DNA from: Candidatus Hydrothermarchaeota archaeon
GTDB taxonomy: Archaea > CAYFZR01
Length of the DNA stretch: 64,000 nucleotides
Direction: 5' to 3'
Assembly: GCA_046760505.1 (NCBI GenBank)
Contig: JBHIEG010000006.1
Coordinates: 1 to 64,000 of the forward strand
A model generated the notes under the pieces. It was given only the letters and a program-made list of their open reading frames with translations. It was not told where the DNA came from and did not search any database. Positions 7,480 through 16,402 of this stretch are shown here, in pieces (position 1 is the stretch's first letter; the number at the start of each line of letters is the position of its first letter). Both the position numbers and the translations under genes were made by a program.

Positions 7480-9532
7480 TGAGTATCCAGTCCTCCCATT
7501 TCTCATAGACCTCACTGAATAAGGGCTTTCCAAACTCTTCCTTACTATTTTTCATCAGAACTCTCCAAATTTTATTCGATCTTACCACGAAATCTAGCTC
7601 TAATATAGAATTTTTCTTGTTTTCCAGTTTTATCATTGTTTCGAAGGATTTAGATCGCCATTTCATATAATTAATAGCATCATAAGTCTCTATGTTCAGT
7701 TCATCACATCTTTTCTCTAAGATTCCATTCTTTCTCAGTAGAACATCTTTATTTGGGACCAAATTGCCGTCCTTAATAAAAAATAAAGGCAAAAACCAAT
7801 TTTCTCTTGGAAGTTCCTCTATACCTTTTAACCAATCTTTGTTTATCTCTGATATGCTCAGTACCTTTCTTGTTCTCTTTTCTGTTCCAAAAATTCGGTC
7901 TTTTTTTGTTTGCACAACGAAATCCAGTGATTTGAAAGATTGGGGAGATGCTCCCAAATCTATTACCGTGCGAGTATAAAGCTCCGGTACATCCATCGCG
8001 TGAATGGTAAAGCCTACCTGCCTTGATGCTTCAAGTTTAATGGCCTCAAACACAGGTCTTGCATCTAAGCTCGTCCTGATTTCTGAGTAATATAACTTTG
8101 CATCGCCGGATCTAATTGTGCTCCAGATCGCTTTGTCAGGCAAAATATCGTACCCTTCTCCGCCTAGATTCAAGGCATCAGAAACGTTTTCCTTCACAAT
8201 TCCTTTAAAGTGCTTTGAAAATTGATCGTAGGGAAATTCATTCGTGTCCTCTATGTATATTATCCTCTCAGTGGGGAAGGATTGTCCAACAATACTGATC
8301 AAAAGCGATGTTTTGCCAGAATCTTTTGATCCCAAGATGGCGAACTTCAAATCCACGTAATTCGCGAAATCTAAGAAACTAGCAGCCCAAGGAGACAAAT
8401 AACCCCTTTTTATGAATAAAGGCAGTGTCCAAGGCTTAAATCTGAAGTTTCTGATAGATATGGTAGTTTTTTCCGTAAAAGGGCTTCTTGTAACCATTAT
8501 TCTTGAATCGTTTATCTTTCCATCTAAGATAGGGTGAGAAAGATCTAATGGCCTTCCAATATCATTCTTAAATCTTTCAGATAATCTTATTACTTCATTC
8601 TCTTCCAAATATACGTTCGTTTCCATTGTTCCATAGTCATCGATCTCGACGATAATTGGATTCGAGTAAGGAGGATTTATGTAACAATTCTGGATTACCT
8701 TTAAACTCATTATGGGTTCCAGAATCGAGTATTGGATCCCATTCGTATAGAAATCAGATATTTTTTGAATTCTAGTTTCTCTGTCTATATTTTCCTTATC
8801 TTTTTTTACGCTATTGGATATCAGATCAAATATGTATTTTTTTAAATGATCCTTGCTGAAAATGACTTCTTCCCTAACATTGGTGCATAGTTCTTTGTGA
8901 ACTTTCTTCAACAATTCTATTTCTTCATAAGAAATGTTTAAATCACTTAAAAATATATAGACATAGTGTTCTTGATTTTTTTTAGAGAAATAAATGTTTA
9001 GAGAACCTCCATTAAAGGAAAATTTGTCAACCAAAATGAAATCTTTAGGAACCCTCAGATCAAGGAAAAAATTCGAAAAATAAGGGGTAATATAAAAGGA
9101 AAATTCTTTTGTCTCCATTTTTTCCAGTTCTTCTAGTATATCCTTGAGAATATTCGTATATTTCTTATTGCAGCTTTCGCATAGTTCTGAGGATTTTCTG
9201 ACTGATTTTATATTTAGAGTTTCCCTAATCGCGAATGCTCCCTTCTTGTGGTTCTCCAATATCTCTTCAAACGTCTTTTCTAGAAAGTATTTTCTCTCTT
9301 CATAGCATATATCACAGTCTCCGGTTGTTTTTTCTCTCAAAAATGATTCAATTTTCTTTGAGATATTATCTAGTTTTTTCAAAAAATTTAAATTAAAATA
9401 CTTCTTTTTGTAGTTCTTTTCCAAAATTATGCTATCTTTGTCAAAATTTTCTCTTAAATATTTTAAAGCACACTTCTTGCATTCTTTCTCACTTAAAAGG
9501 GCTGAATTTTCACAACTTTCACAGCGAAACAT
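7469..9532 (-). CDS. Diverged VirB11/CpaF-type type IV pilus assembly ATPase with Cys-rich N-terminus
   Basis: Walker A GSKDSGKTS, Asp box IEDTNEF, Walker B-like LYYSEIR, His box TIHA; N-terminal CESC, CKKC, CDIC, CESC. Confidence 0.85.
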   Translation of the reverse strand: MFRCESCENSALLSEKECKKCALKYLRENFDKDSIILEKNYKKKYFNLNFLKKLDNISKKIESFLREKTTGDCDICYEERKYFLEKTFEEILENHKKGAFAIRETLNIKSVRKSSELCESCNKKYTNILKDILEELEKMETKEFSFYITPYFSNFFLDLRVPKDFILVDKFSFNGGSLNIYFSKKNQEHYVYIFLSDLNISYEEIELLKKVHKELCTNVREEVIFSKDHLKKYIFDLISNSVKKDKENIDRETRIQKISDFYTNGIQYSILEPIMSLKVIQNCYINPPYSNPIIVEIDDYGTMETNVYLEENEVIRLSERFKNDIGRPLDLSHPILDGKINDSRIMVTRSPFTEKTTISIRNFRFKPWTLPLFIKRGYLSPWAASFLDFANYVDLKFAILGSKDSGKTSLLISIVGQSFPTERIIYIEDTNEFPYDQFSKHFKGIVKENVSDALNLGGEGYDILPDKAIWSTIRSGDAKLYYSEIRTSLDARPVFEAIKLEASRQVGFTIHAMDVPELYTRTVIDLGASPQSFKSLDFVVQTKKDRIFGTEKRTRKVLSISEINKDWLKGIEELPRENWFLPLFFIKDGNLVPNKDVLLRKNGILEKRCDELNIETYDAINYMKWRSKSFETMIKLENKKNSILELDFVVRSNKIWRVLMKNSKEEFGKPLFSEVYEKWEDWILNAV

Positions 9533-10058
9533 TACATATACCCCAAATAATGTAGTTAAGGATCGCTAGGAGAGAGAAAGAAAGCAAAATTAATTGGAGT
9601 ATCTGTTTTTTATATTTTCCATTTCTATTTCCGCAGAGCATTCTCTCAAATGTGTAGTGATAAAAAGTAATACCTGTTAAAAGACCTAGTGCAGCCAGAG
9701 ATATTACTGAAACATCGATCAAAACCGGGATCGTTTTTTGTAAAGAAGTTTCCACAAAAAAATCTATTGTCATTAAACTTTCTAGGAGATATCTGTCTTT
9801 CATCAGGGTTGTATAGCAGATGCATGCAAAAATGAAGAGGGAAAACAAAGGTATTGTACCGAAAAAACAGGAGATTATGTAAACCTTAAGAAAATATAAG
9901 ATTAGGGAAGAAGGTGGCTCTAGAATGTTTTGATTTAATATATTGGCTTTTTCTCCTGCAATTATCATTTTCCCAACCAAAAAGAACGTTAGCAGAATCA
10001 GAGCAGGGTATATTTCATTCAAAAAGAAATTGTTTATATCAGCAACCAAATTCCTCAT
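9519..10058 (-). CDS. Hypothetical membrane protein (about 4 TM)
   Basis: Hydrophobic segments; overlaps neighbours in the operon. Confidence 0.6.
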   Translation of the reverse strand: MRNLVADINNFFLNEIYPALILLTFFLVGKMIIAGEKANILNQNILEPPSSLILYFLKVYIISCFFGTIPLFSLFIFACICYTTLMKDRYLLESLMTIDFFVETSLQKTIPVLIDVSVISLAALGLLTGITFYHYTFERMLCGNRNGKYKKQILQLILLSFSLLAILNYIIWGICNVSL

Positions 10059-10449
10059 CTAGTTCCTCCAATTTCTTTTTTATGATGTTTTTGATGTCAT
10101 CATTACCTAAGTCTGATTTTTTCCTGATTAATTGATTGTATCTTTGGAAACCATTTAGTTCTGGAAAAGAAATATGATATGAAATGAAATCTATCTTCAC
10201 CCTGCCTAATTTGAGAAACCTTAAATAAAGGCATGAAATTGTAATTATTAAAAAGTACGAGGTTGAAATTAGGAATAAATCATAAAATAAGGATAATATA
10301 ACTAAAAAAGTACCCAAAAACAAACTTACTATTGTTGAATATATTATCTGGATTTTTTTATCGAGGAAGAGAAATCTGGGATGCTGTGAAAGGATAAAAT
10401 ATGTGATCGATGGAAATCCAATGAGGGGTAAAATACATTTATATTCCAT
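10039..10449 (-). CDS. Hypothetical membrane protein (about 3 TM), first gene of the T4P-like operon
   Basis: ATG at 10449 about 20 nt below a TATA-like TTATATAA; TM helices. Confidence 0.55.
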   Translation of the reverse strand: MEYKCILPLIGFPSITYFILSQHPRFLFLDKKIQIIYSTIVSLFLGTFLVILSLFYDLFLISTSYFLIITISCLYLRFLKLGRVKIDFISYHISFPELNGFQRYNQLIRKKSDLGNDDIKNIIKKKLEELDEEFGC

Positions 10450-10469
10450 GTGGGTGAAACTTACGCCCA

Positions 10470-10500
10470 CTTATATAACACTTTGGTTTGAGTCTGACAA
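10470..10500. promoter_or_regulatory. Divergent promoter region: TATA-like box and GTCTGACAA motif
   Basis: CTTATATAAC at 10470-10479; GTCTGACAA at 10492-10500 is the reverse complement of the TTGTCAGAC seen at 59920. Confidence 0.45.
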
Positions 10501-10510
10501 AGGTGTTGAG

Positions 10511-11320
10511 ATGGCATCTTATCTGATAGCATCATCCAAAGGCGGGAGTGGAAAAAGTACCTTTGCCTGTGAATTCGCATATTATTGCTCAAATATTCTG
10601 AAAAAAAGGACTGTCTTGGTTGATGCAGATATTAAGGCATCCTGTATCAGGATGCTCTTGGGGGAAGTGTTTGATCCTTCAAGGACGCTGACTCATCTCC
10701 TAAGAGAAGATTTAAAAAACATAGAAGATATCCTGTATACATCTAAATACGCGAATTTATCCTTAATAATGCCTTCAGAGAGAGCAGACCTCAAATTTTT
10801 TTCTAAAAATAAAAAGATGATCGATCTCCTGTACTGCCTTAAGGATATTTATGACGTGGTTATAACCGATGCACCACCGGATTTAGAACAAGTTTATAGG
10901 CTCTCTATTCCGGTAGATTCTTTAATAGGCATTATAAGACCTGATTTACAATCAATACTTCATGCACCCCAACTTGCTAGCATTCCGATCACTTTAAAAC
11001 AGGTTTATAGAAGCGAATATACGGTAAGCACTGTATTTGAAGGATTTGTTGTCTCTATGTATGATTCTTCAATAAAAGAACAAAATGAGATACTTAAACT
11101 CTTGGAAGATCGTGGATATAGCTTTTTGGGGAAGATATCATTTGACAAAAACGTACAAAAGGCTCAACTAAAGAGCAAAACTCTATTAGAAATGAGGAGG
11201 AAGAGCAAAGCCGCTAAGGAGCTGGAGAGAATATTCATTGATCTTCTAAAAATAAGACCTGAAAGAAAAAAAACAATAAAAAAACTCTTCAGGAGGGAAA
11301 AAATTGATAGAAAAAGTTAG
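10511..11320 (+). CDS. MinD/ParA (TadZ-like) ATPase
   Basis: Deviant Walker A SSKGGSGKST, VLVDAD, YDVVITDAPP, LGKISFD..V..A. Confidence 0.85.
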   Translation: MASYLIASSKGGSGKSTFACEFAYYCSNILKKRTVLVDADIKASCIRMLLGEVFDPSRTLTHLLREDLKNIEDILYTSKYANLSLIMPSERADLKFFSKNKKMIDLLYCLKDIYDVVITDAPPDLEQVYRLSIPVDSLIGIIRPDLQSILHAPQLASIPITLKQVYRSEYTVSTVFEGFVVSMYDSSIKEQNEILKLLEDRGYSFLGKISFDKNVQKAQLKSKTLLEMRRKSKAAKELERIFIDLLKIRPERKKTIKKLFRREKIDRKS

Positions 11321-11720
11321 GAGATTGAAAGATGCAGGGTTTACAGATGATCAGATTAGTATCATACTCAAAGAGGATGGGCTCGATGAAAAAAATATCA
11401 TCAGTTTATTGAACGAGGAGAGAAGAATAAGAAGTGAAAAGAGACAAGAAAGAGAATTTGAGGAGTTACTTGAATACGCGATGGAGATTGATCCTTCATC
11501 GATCTATGTTCCATTAAACGAGAATGAAAGCCTCGATAAAGCGGTAATAAAACAAATGATAAGAAAAGAATTAGAAATCGAACTTGAAAATAAAATTAAA
11601 TCTATTTGCAAGGAGGAATCAGAGATACAAGCCTCAAAGCTTTGGGAAGAAAAGATCAGACCTGCTTTAACTGAAATAATTGAAAAACTGGAGGTTGATG
11701 GCCTTGGAGGAAAAGATTAG
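11304..11720 (+). CDS. Hypothetical helical/coiled-coil protein
   Basis: N-terminal L..AGF.D..I...L...GL motif, charged helices; overlaps the MinD gene. Confidence 0.65.
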   Translation: MIEKVRRLKDAGFTDDQISIILKEDGLDEKNIISLLNEERRIRSEKRQEREFEELLEYAMEIDPSSIYVPLNENESLDKAVIKQMIRKELEIELENKIKSICKEESEIQASKLWEEKIRPALTEIIEKLEVDGLGGKD

Positions 11721-11826
11721 GGAAGAACTGGCAAACCATCTTAAGTTAATAGAGTCTCTGATATCAAGGATTGATGCTCTAGAGAATACGGTTGTGGAAC
11801 TGAGGAAAAAAATCGAGGAGAAATAA
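11698..11826 (+). CDS. Small 42-aa coiled-coil protein, absent from the ORF track
   Basis: SD GGAGGT + MALEEKIREELANHLKLIESLISRIDALENTVVELRKKIEEK*; heptad pattern; TAATG overlap with the next gene. Confidence 0.6.
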   Translation: MALEEKIREELANHLKLIESLISRIDALENTVVELRKKIEEK

Positions 11827-12245
11827 TGGAAGGAATAGTTCCAAAGGTAATAATTGCCGGTATTGTTCTGATATTTGCTTTTCAAGGCTTATTTTTGGTT
11901 TCTAGTGAGTATAAAGCGAAAAAGAATGAACAGAAAGTCTTCGAAGATTTTTCTTTTAAACTGAACATGATTTTTATGGGGGATAAGAATTCTACGGCCT
12001 TTGTTGATATAGAAATGTATGAAGGATGGAAAGATTTAAAAATAAGAGGGAATGAAATGATTTTCTTGTATCCAGATCATGTCTCAATTTATGATCTTTC
12101 ATATAAAGTTTGTACCCCAGTAACGATCTCAGGAGGCATGTACAGGATAACAAATGAAGGAAATTGTTTTTCTGTAAAAAGTGGAGAAGATATCGGTGAC
12201 CAGCCCGAAGATTTACATAAAGATGTTAATGTTAATTATATTTAA
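11826..12245 (+). CDS. Pilin-like protein
   Basis: MEGIVPK + hydrophobic helix, then beta-rich domain. Confidence 0.5.
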   Translation: MEGIVPKVIIAGIVLIFAFQGLFLVSSEYKAKKNEQKVFEDFSFKLNMIFMGDKNSTAFVDIEMYEGWKDLKIRGNEMIFLYPDHVSIYDLSYKVCTPVTISGGMYRITNEGNCFSVKSGEDIGDQPEDLHKDVNVNYI

Positions 12246-12361
12246 AGCTTTTGTTTCATAAATATTTAAAAATTTAGGGAAAATTAATGGAAAATAATAA
12301 TATTTTTAGCATTTTTTATTTAAACAAAAAATATTTCCAAAATGGTTTTAACATAAATATG

Positions 12362-13525
12362 TTAAACTATTTCCCTGATCAGCTTTAGGAGATCCGGGTG
12401 TCTTATAACCGTTTTTATTATTTCCTTCTTGCTTTTTGGAAGATCTTTTTCTGAAAGGGCTTCAGCAATAATATTTAGCCCTTCGTCGGATAACTTCTCG
12501 ATCGACTGCTTTATTCTCAAGGATCTCTCCATGTTTTTTCCTATAGTTTTATACCATTCCTCTTGGTATCTTGAGAGAAATTTCTCGGAAGTATCGTTAT
12601 TTTCTATTGCCTCAGAGGCAACTTTTCCCGCTATTTTACCGCAAGTCATAGAAGAGTAAATTCCTCCCCCTGTTAGGGGATCTATTTGTCCTGCTGCGTC
12701 TCCAACTATCAAAGCTCTCTCTGTATAGGTCTTTTCTAAAGGACCTGAAACAGGGGTTCCTCCAACGTTTAACTCTATTGGAACTCCTTTTTTTAGATTT
12801 TCATGGGAATCAATAAATCTCCTTAAATAATTCAGTGCAATCGTATTACTCTTTCTTACACCGAGCCCTACGTTAGCAACATCGTTTCCCTTTGGGAATA
12901 TCCATGCATATCCTCCCGGGGCAATTTTATTTCCAAAGTAGAAGTATAAGATGTTTGGATCTTCTAAATCTACTCCTACCATCTCAAATTGTACATTAGA
13001 TGTCATATCTCGAAGTTTGCTTGTGTCAATACCCAGCCATCTAGCAACCTTAGATTCAACGCCGTCTGCTCCGATTACCATCTTGGTCTCTATTTCTAGG
13101 GGCTCTCCGAAATGAGAGGCTTTCACTCTCAGGCAGTTGTTTTTATATTCTATTCCCAGAGCGGCTGTTTTTACCATTAATTCAGATCCCGCTCTCACCG
13201 CGAGGCTTGCAAGATATTTGTCGAATATTTTTCTCTCCAAGACGAAACCCTGTGTCTCCTTCCATACTCTGCTTATTCTTTTTCCGTTCGGCGCGTGTAG
13301 ATAAAATCCTTTAATTTCCGAGCAGATCCATCTTTTTTCTATTGGTATCTCTAATCTTCTGAATGTGTTTATGCTTGTTCCTTCTGCGCATCTTTTTGGA
13401 GCGCCAATTTCCTGCCTTTTTTCCATTAGCAGTACGTTTAATCCCTGTTCTGCAATCGTCTTGGCAGAGATAGAGCCCCCAGGACCCGCACCGATTACTA
13501 CTACGTCATATTCTCTATTTTCCAT
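12362..13525 (-). CDS. Digeranylgeranylglycerophospholipid reductase (GGR)
   Basis: YDVVVIGAGPGG, KRCAEG, PGGYAWIFPKG, VGDAAGQIDPLTGGG; start reassigned to MENREYD. Confidence 0.9.
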   Translation of the reverse strand: MENREYDVVVIGAGPGGSISAKTIAEQGLNVLLMEKRQEIGAPKRCAEGTSINTFRRLEIPIEKRWICSEIKGFYLHAPNGKRISRVWKETQGFVLERKIFDKYLASLAVRAGSELMVKTAALGIEYKNNCLRVKASHFGEPLEIETKMVIGADGVESKVARWLGIDTSKLRDMTSNVQFEMVGVDLEDPNILYFYFGNKIAPGGYAWIFPKGNDVANVGLGVRKSNTIALNYLRRFIDSHENLKKGVPIELNVGGTPVSGPLEKTYTERALIVGDAAGQIDPLTGGGIYSSMTCGKIAGKVASEAIENNDTSEKFLSRYQEEWYKTIGKNMERSLRIKQSIEKLSDEGLNIIAEALSEKDLPKSKKEIIKTVIRHPDLLKLIREIV

Positions 13526-13529
13526 GCGA

Positions 13530-13697
13530 TTACCCCAGAGATATTGCTCCGACAGGACAGATTTTTTCGCATATAGCACATTCTTTACAATCTTCTTCAT
13601 CGACAACCACGAAGGTTTCTACCAACTCAAGAGCAAGATATGGGCATACTCCTACGCATGCTCCACAGTAACAGCATTTTCTCCTGTTAACATTCAC
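13530..13697 (-). CDS. 2[4Fe-4S] ferredoxin, absent from the ORF track
   Basis: GTG start; CCYCGACVGVCP and CKECAICEKICPVGAI; immediately upstream of GGR. Confidence 0.9.
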   Translation of the reverse strand: MNVNRRKCCYCGACVGVCPYLALELVETFVVVDEEDCKECAICEKICPVGAISLG

Positions 13698-13707
13698 CTC
13701 TAACACC

Positions 13708-14229
13708 TCAGAATGTTCTGATGAATACCATAGAGAATATATTTGTGGTTGCGTGCGCCACTATTGGAGTAACTATGTTCTTTTTCCACTCAAAGAGTAA
13801 ACCAAGTATCAAACCTAAAAAAGTTGCGCCTATAACTTGAGGAACGTTAAAGTACCCGAACCAATGTACCAATCCAAAGAGCAATGAGGCTGGAAACAGC
13901 CCGATCTTGGGCTGTAAAAACCCCCTGAATAAGAGCTCTTCTGAGGGAGCTACCACAAAAATATTGAGGAAAAATATATCCATCAATCCCAGTTTCTTAG
14001 ATAGCTCAACCGCGATTTGGTTCCTGAATCCTACTTTATCCAGAGATATGGAAAGTAAAGCAAGAGGTATTCCTGCGGCTAGGCCCAAAATAATACAGGA
14101 AAGCATATTCTCCCTTGTTATTCCGATTAATCTTGGATTTTTCGTGTAAAGAATATATATAATCGGCGGAACCAGAAGAATAGCAGCCTGTAGTATCAGT
14201 GCTTGGACTATCACTTCTCTTGAGAGCAT
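13708..14229 (-). CDS. CPBP (CAAX/Abi) intramembrane metalloprotease
   Basis: EELLFRG, FGLVH, AHATTN motifs. Confidence 0.85.
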   Translation of the reverse strand: MLSREVIVQALILQAAILLVPPIIYILYTKNPRLIGITRENMLSCIILGLAAGIPLALLSISLDKVGFRNQIAVELSKKLGLMDIFFLNIFVVAPSEELLFRGFLQPKIGLFPASLLFGLVHWFGYFNVPQVIGATFLGLILGLLFEWKKNIVTPIVAHATTNIFSMVFIRTF

Positions 14230-15455
14230 TACTCAAACTCCATCAAACTCTTCTGAGCCTCACCGTAGAACTGGACATCAACTACCTGATTGAAAAATAT
14301 CTTACCGTACTCTCCTCCCCCTCCAGGGTAGATAGAGAATTTGCCTGTCCTAAAAGCCTCTATACATTCTCCTATTCTTTCATCTGTGACCTTCTTCAAT
14401 TCTTCTATCGGAACGTCTATCAAAACAGAGATTTCGGTTTGAAATGTTTCTATGAGTAGTCTCCACTGCCTTTGAACTTCATTCACATAGGGATTAGAGT
14501 ATCCTAGTGCTATTTGGATTACTTCCGCAAGAGGAGGTATGTAGTGGTAGGGTGGCCTATCTGGAGGATGCTTGGGTTCAAACCAATCTGCCAACTCATT
14601 TATTCTGTCTTCCACACCTTTTTTTATTAAGCCTTTGCACTTTGGGCACTTCATATTAAATTTTAAAGCGTCTTTAAGCCTAAATCTTTGTTTACACCTT
14701 GAACAAGCCGTCAAATGATACTTGCCCAAACGAGGATCGAATCCATAGTTGGCGAGAATCCCCTTACCGCTCCTTAAAATTTTTCTAATGGAATCGAATG
14801 AATACTCTTTCAGGTTAAATCTATTGAATTCTCTTCCTATTCTATGTGGCCAGGGGCTGTGAGCATCTGAGTTTGTCAAAAAAACCTTATTTTGCAATTC
14901 TTTTAATCTATCCGCCATTTTTGTATCGGCTGAAAGACCCAACTCTATGAAGTGCACATTCTTCAAGCCTTCTCCATAACAGTGAGATATAGAATTAAAT
15001 TCTTTATAGATAGATGTCCATGGTGTGAAGGCATGGCAAGGTCCAACAATTCCGTCTACGGCTTTTACAATGTCAACTAGGTCTTCTGCATTGATATTTA
15101 TTCGTGGTCTACCATCGTGATCCAAGCTGTTACAGTATTTAGTCAGAATGGACCGCAGTTCATCAACAGAATTGAGATCTGGGAGCAATATTAAATGATG
15201 TACTCTGTTGATGTCTTCAATTTCTACCGTTAATATGAATTTGGTTTTATACCTGGGATGCTGGTATATTCCATTTCCTACGGGAAAGAGAGTTTCTTTG
15301 AATTCGCTGAGCCAGGAACTGTGTAATATATCTCCGCTACCCAAGAGATCGAGACCTTTTAATTCAGCCTGCTCTGCTAGATTGACAAAATTCATTTCCT
15401 TAGAGGTGGCACCCGAGAATTTACCATGAATGTGAAGATCTGCGTTTACTCTCAT
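14229..15455 (-). CDS. Endonuclease Q-like PHP-domain protein (TIGR00375 family)
   Basis: ADLHIHGKFS, HAFTPW, ELGLSAD, NSDAHS, GKYHLTACSRC..CPKC, PGGGGEYG. Confidence 0.85.
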   Translation of the reverse strand: MRVNADLHIHGKFSGATSKEMNFVNLAEQAELKGLDLLGSGDILHSSWLSEFKETLFPVGNGIYQHPRYKTKFILTVEIEDINRVHHLILLPDLNSVDELRSILTKYCNSLDHDGRPRININAEDLVDIVKAVDGIVGPCHAFTPWTSIYKEFNSISHCYGEGLKNVHFIELGLSADTKMADRLKELQNKVFLTNSDAHSPWPHRIGREFNRFNLKEYSFDSIRKILRSGKGILANYGFDPRLGKYHLTACSRCKQRFRLKDALKFNMKCPKCKGLIKKGVEDRINELADWFEPKHPPDRPPYHYIPPLAEVIQIALGYSNPYVNEVQRQWRLLIETFQTEISVLIDVPIEELKKVTDERIGECIEAFRTGKFSIYPGGGGEYGKIFFNQVVDVQFYGEAQKSLMEFE

Positions 15456-15459
15456 CGAT

Positions 15460-16239
15460 TCACCCAATGTAACGGAGATCTTCGTCGGTCTCTATTTCTT
15501 TGTGTGCGGCTTCGAGTGCCTTTTTTTGCATCTCGTATATTCGAGATAGTGTTTTTTCAGCCTCTCTTGCCCTGTTTTCGAGTTCTTCCAGACCTATCTC
15601 TATATTAAGGATTTTGGTCAGTACCTCTAAAACTGCTTTAGCAGACTTTGCATCTACCAAGTAGCCAGATGTCTCGCCCATCAAGCATACGCCATTCATT
15701 CCTCTAAGTTTGCCAATGCCAAGAAGGAGGCCAGAAGCCCCTACTATACCGCCTCTTTCGTCCTCACTTTTGAAGTTGATACCGTATTTTTCCATCTCCG
15801 CTATCAAAGAGAGATCTGTTGCGGCGCCAAATACCCTTGGCTTTTTTACAATCCTCCCTGTACCATAGCCTCCTAGAGTGAATATTTGCTTTGTATTATA
15901 TTTTTCAACTAGATCTAGAATCTTGGTTACGATATCATATTGGCCCTGAGGGGTAAGTCCTTGAGTATTTCCAACGACGAAGATAAGATCTGGATGGCTA
16001 CCTCCTCCTTGGTAGTAGTAGAATTCATTGGACATCATTTCTATGGTGCCATCTTCCTTCACCAGAACTTGAGGCGGAAAATCTGGCGAAAAGAGTTCTG
16101 CAAACTTCTTTGCTTTGATTTCGTTTATCATGTGTTCTGCAGCTAGTTTTCCAACGTGTCCTATTCCGGGCAAACCCTCTATCAATATTGGATCTTTCAA
16201 CTTTGGTTCGTAATATACCTTAATTATTGCCTCTTTCAT
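15460..16239 (-). CDS. Proteasome assembly chaperone PAC2 family
   Basis: [36 protein letters not shown]. Confidence 0.9.
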   Translation of the reverse strand: MKEAIIKVYYEPKLKDPILIEGLPGIGHVGKLAAEHMINEIKAKKFAELFSPDFPPQVLVKEDGTIEMMSNEFYYYQGGGSHPDLIFVVGNTQGLTPQGQYDIVTKILDLVEKYNTKQIFTLGGYGTGRIVKKPRVFGAATDLSLIAEMEKYGINFKSEDERGGIVGASGLLLGIGKLRGMNGVCLMGETSGYLVDAKSAKAVLEVLTKILNIEIGLEELENRAREAEKTLSRIYEMQKKALEAAHKEIETDEDLRYIG

Positions 16240-16399
16240 ACCAATCGCTTTCCTTTTTTAGTCTTCTTCTATACTTCCCATACGGGTCCTCTGGTGAGAA
16301 TCTTGGAGGATGGGGGTTAGATGTTTCTTGGTTGCAGACAGGACATTTTTCCATTAGTGTATATGTATTACACCTCTTACACTTCTTTAGCAACTTCAT
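16220..16399 (-). CDS. nop10: H/ACA RNP protein Nop10, absent from the ORF track
   Basis: [22 protein letters not shown]...[16 protein letters not shown]; canonical position after aIF2-alpha. Confidence 0.95.
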   Translation of the reverse strand: MKLLKKCKRCNTYTLMEKCPVCNQETSNPHPPRFSPEDPYGKYRRRLKKESDWYERGNN

Positions 16400-16402
16400 A
16401 CT

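Noticed and set aside
13526-13606. N-terminal extension of GGR in the ORF track
   Set aside because: It overlaps a clear ferredoxin gene in another frame; GGR homology starts at MENREYD.
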